Assembly (NCBI GenBank): GCA_030390025.1
Contig: CM059431.1
Span: 156,676,001 to 156,740,000, forward strand
DNA from: Squalus acanthias
Taxonomy: Eukaryota
Direction: 5' to 3'
Length of the DNA stretch: 64,000 nucleotides
This document shows, piece after piece, positions 60,830 to 64,000 of the stretch. Both the position numbers and the translations under genes were made by a program. How positions within the stretch are numbered: the stretch's first letter is position 1; the number at the start of each line of letters is the position of its first letter. A model generated the notes under the pieces. It was not told the origin of the DNA. It worked only from the letters and a program-made list of their open reading frames with translations, and did not search any database.

Positions 60830-63600
60830 GGTTGATCACTTTAATTTCTCTAAGTGCTCAGTCACTCTGTCCCTATTTATAATTTCCAATAATTTCCCGC
60901 AACTAATATTTGACTTAAAGGCCTATAATTTCCTGGTTACTCTATCTCAACTTTCTGAAATAATGGAGTCACATTTCAAATTTCCCAATTTAAAAAAACA
61001 GTTGCTGAGTCGAAAGAGCTTTGAAAGATTATAGCTGAAGCATTTGCAACATCAACACATAATAACTTTTAAATCTTTGGATAGAAACCAACAGTTCGGT
61101 GGGATTCGTCAGACCTTATTACTCTTATATTTTCTAATACTACTTTTCTGCGTGTGATAAATTCAGCGATTCCCAGTACCATTTCCCATTAGCTTCCCTA
61201 GAATGTCCTCTTCTCTGATCAGTGATGTGAAGTAATTATTCAACAAGTCTACTATTGCCTTATTTATATTTTTATATTGCACACATCTGTTTTAAAGTGC
61301 ACATATTCCACTTGACTACCCTTTTTCTTCTACTATAATTGTAAAAACTCCATTGTGTTAATTTTGATATCTCCCGCAAACTCCTGTTCATATTCCTATA
61401 CTCATTGAAATTTAGAAGAATGAGAGGTGATCTTATTGAAACAAATATGATACTGAGGCGGCTCTACATGATCGATGCAGAGAAGATGTTTTGGCTCATG
61501 GGGAATCTAGCACTAAGGGGCACAGTTTCAGAATTACGGATCGTCCATATAAAACTGAGATGAGGAGGAATTCATTCTCTCAGAGGGTCGGAAATCTGTG
61601 GAATGTTCTTCCCCAGAGAGCTGTGGAGGCTGGGTCATTGAATATATTTATGGTGAAGTTAGACAGATTTTGGAACAATAAAGGAGTGATGGGGTATAGG
61701 GAGCGGGAAGGGATATGGAGCTGATCCCAAGATCAGATCAGCCATGATCTCATTAAATGTCAGAGCAGGATCCAGGGGCAAATGGTCTACTCCTGCTCCT
61801 ATTTCTTATGTTCTTATGTTCATATGTTCTTCCCCTTCAACAGCAACTTTTGTCCTCTTTTGATTTTAATTAAGCTGATCCCTGGAATTACACTATTCTT
61901 TACACTTTTGCATGCTCTTTCTTTTCGTTTTGTGTTATCTCGAAACTCTTTTGTCGATCACAGCTGGGTTTCTTTTTCAAAGTAGAGCTCTTGCGACTTC
62001 GGGGTATGTACTGGTCCTGCATTAAGCTAAATTTTGTTTTCATCATCTCCCACTGATTATCTGTAGTTTTTCCTGATAATAGGTTGGGCCATTTTGCTGT
62101 CGTCTGTCTCTGTCCATACCACGACCCAGATTACTAGTGTTAGTTTCCTTTTGGAAACTAACATTGAATTATATCATATTATGATCACTGTTAGATTAAT
62201 ATTCTCTTACTGTTAGATTATTAACTAAGACTGGCTGGTTACTTATTACTAATTCTAGTATATACTGCCGTCTTGTGGTTTACGAACACATTGCTCCAAA
62301 AAAACCTATCATGAATGCACTGAGTAAATTCACTACCTTTCTATCTTGACCTACTCTGTTCTTCATAATCTTTCTGAAATCATTTTCACCAATTAAAACA
62401 ATCTTATTTTGCATGAAACTTCTCTAATGCTTGAACTCGCACATTCTACCACTCCATTGTTGCTATCAGGAGGTCTGTCGACAACTCGCGTTATAGTTTT
62501 ATGTCCATTCTTATTAGCAATTTCTAACCAAATTGTCTCTTGATTGATTTCACCTACCTATATCCTCTCTTACTCATGTTGTAATAATATATTAAATCAA
62601 TAAGGCTACCAAACCTCCTCTTCCAGTTTCCCTATCCTTACTAAAGACATTATAAACTAGAATATTTAAATCCTAATCCTGACATTTTGCAGCGATCAGT
62701 ATTTCAGCCTTAAATTTACTCCATGTATTTCTTACACGACTTTAGTTATTTGAGGATTCCTTTCGTGTGTAGAATCTATATCACAGTTTGTGAACTGAAT
62801 TTTACTTTTATCACTTTCTTAAAAAGAATGAACTATCATTTTTATTACTGTGTTCGACGTAGTCCTTCTCCCATCTTTTAGTTTACAGTCCTTTTATTCC
62901 GCCTGGTCATCATTTCCGCGAAGACTTTGGTCCCATCCCGGTCCAGAAGCAGCCGGGCCCAATGGTACTCATCCTTCCTGTCCTAGTACTGTTGCCTGTG
63001 AGCAAAGAAATCGAACCCCTCCTTCCGTTAATTACACCTTTAACCACGTGCTCATTTTCCTGGTCTGTTTGTCGCGTTGCTGATTAGCACGTGGCTCCGG
63101 TAATAACCCTAAAATTAACATCTCTAATGTTCTGCGTTTTAATTTAGCTCCGAAGTCCTGATACTTCTTCTGCTGCAATTTCTACACTTCCTAACCTTTG
63201 TCATTTATCCCGTCATGGACCCCATCAACTGGATCTTCCCCTTACTTTCCAAATTCCTTTTCAAGCGCATGTGCCTATCACTTACCCTGCCATCATGTAG
63301 GCAACATATCCTTCGGGACTCTAGATGGTGGCTACAGAGGATGCAACCTAGCCCCCTAATTTTTGACTCCATTATAACTACTGATTATCGAATCTGCTCC
63401 TCCGATCTGTCTAGAGCAGCATTGTGGCTGGCCTCCACGCAGTCTTTCTCCTTATCCTGACAGGTATTAATACATTATACCCGTTGCATTGTACCAGTGT
63501 CTGCGGGCTGTCCTCCTCCATCTCCCCTCAGTTACCCCTACCCTGCTGGAAGTCACACTCTCCCCTTCCTGCAACTGTGCTTTCCTCTGGGATGTGACTA
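60830..63600 (-). mobile_element. Old CR1 LINE (ORF2 and ORF1 remnants)
   Basis: Similar to 2080-3270 (e.g. aaataatggag, tttgaaagat...gctgaagcat, cctcctcttccagtttccctatc). Confidence 0.7.
61398..61828 (+). mobile_element. CR1 3' end
   Basis: GHSFRI...TEMRRNSFSQRVGNLWN; ttcttatg tail. Confidence 0.85.
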
Positions 63601-63629
63601 TGCACGGTCGCTGCCATTTCTAGTTTTCA

Positions 63630-64000
63630 TCACAGAATAATGTAGTAGGAAAGTAGGCCATTCGTCCCATTGTGTTTGTGCCAGCTATTTGGTAGAGATT
63701 TCCATTTATCCCACTCCACTTCTCTATCAGCATAGCCCTGAATTATTTTCCTTCATGTATTTATCCAATTCCTTTGAGCAGGTCACTATATCATCTTCTT
63801 CCACCCACTTTCATACAGTACATTCAAGATCGCAATAACTCGCTGCATAGAAACACGTTTCCCCATGCAGCCTCTGCTTTTTGCCTATCAACTAAATATG
63901 TGTCTTCTTTTTATGAACCATTCTGCCACGGCAATAACTTTCACCCTATTTACACTATCAAACCTTTCATTGTTTTGAACACTTCTATCTAATCCCCTGG
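63630..64000 (-). mobile_element. Old CR1 3' end, runs off the window
   Basis: gtaggccattcg..., aaacctttcattgttttgaacacttctat, like other minus-strand CR1 ends. Confidence 0.65.

Noticed and set aside
60830..61390. Similarity to 2080-2540 as part of the segmental duplication
   Set aside because: It lies on the opposite side of the duplicated block and is better explained as independent copies of the same old CR1 family.

Overview
Eukaryotic, repeat-saturated vertebrate DNA, most likely a shark or other elasmobranch (inferred from HE1-like V-SINEs, a SacSINE1-like Deu-SINE, dense CR1 LINEs and shark-type NLR exons). Most of the window is nested transposons: many CR1 copies, one L2, a CR1/Zenon-like LINE nested in itself, a Penelope-like element with a GIY-YIG domain and a hammerhead motif, six Harbinger-like MITEs with 3-bp TSDs, and SINEs. 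The only recognisable host gene is a minus-strand NLR (NACHT-LRR) remnant of three exons at 52448-59145, apparently a pseudogene. Removing the TEs exposes two old duplicated modules: an exon/promoter-like block next to a 34-bp minisatellite (about 19.1-28.6 kb and 38.9-44.2 kb), and an unexplained block at about 3.7-5.7 kb and 60.1-60.75 kb. No prokaryotic features or CRISPR. Boundaries of old TEs are approximate and all alignments were made by eye.
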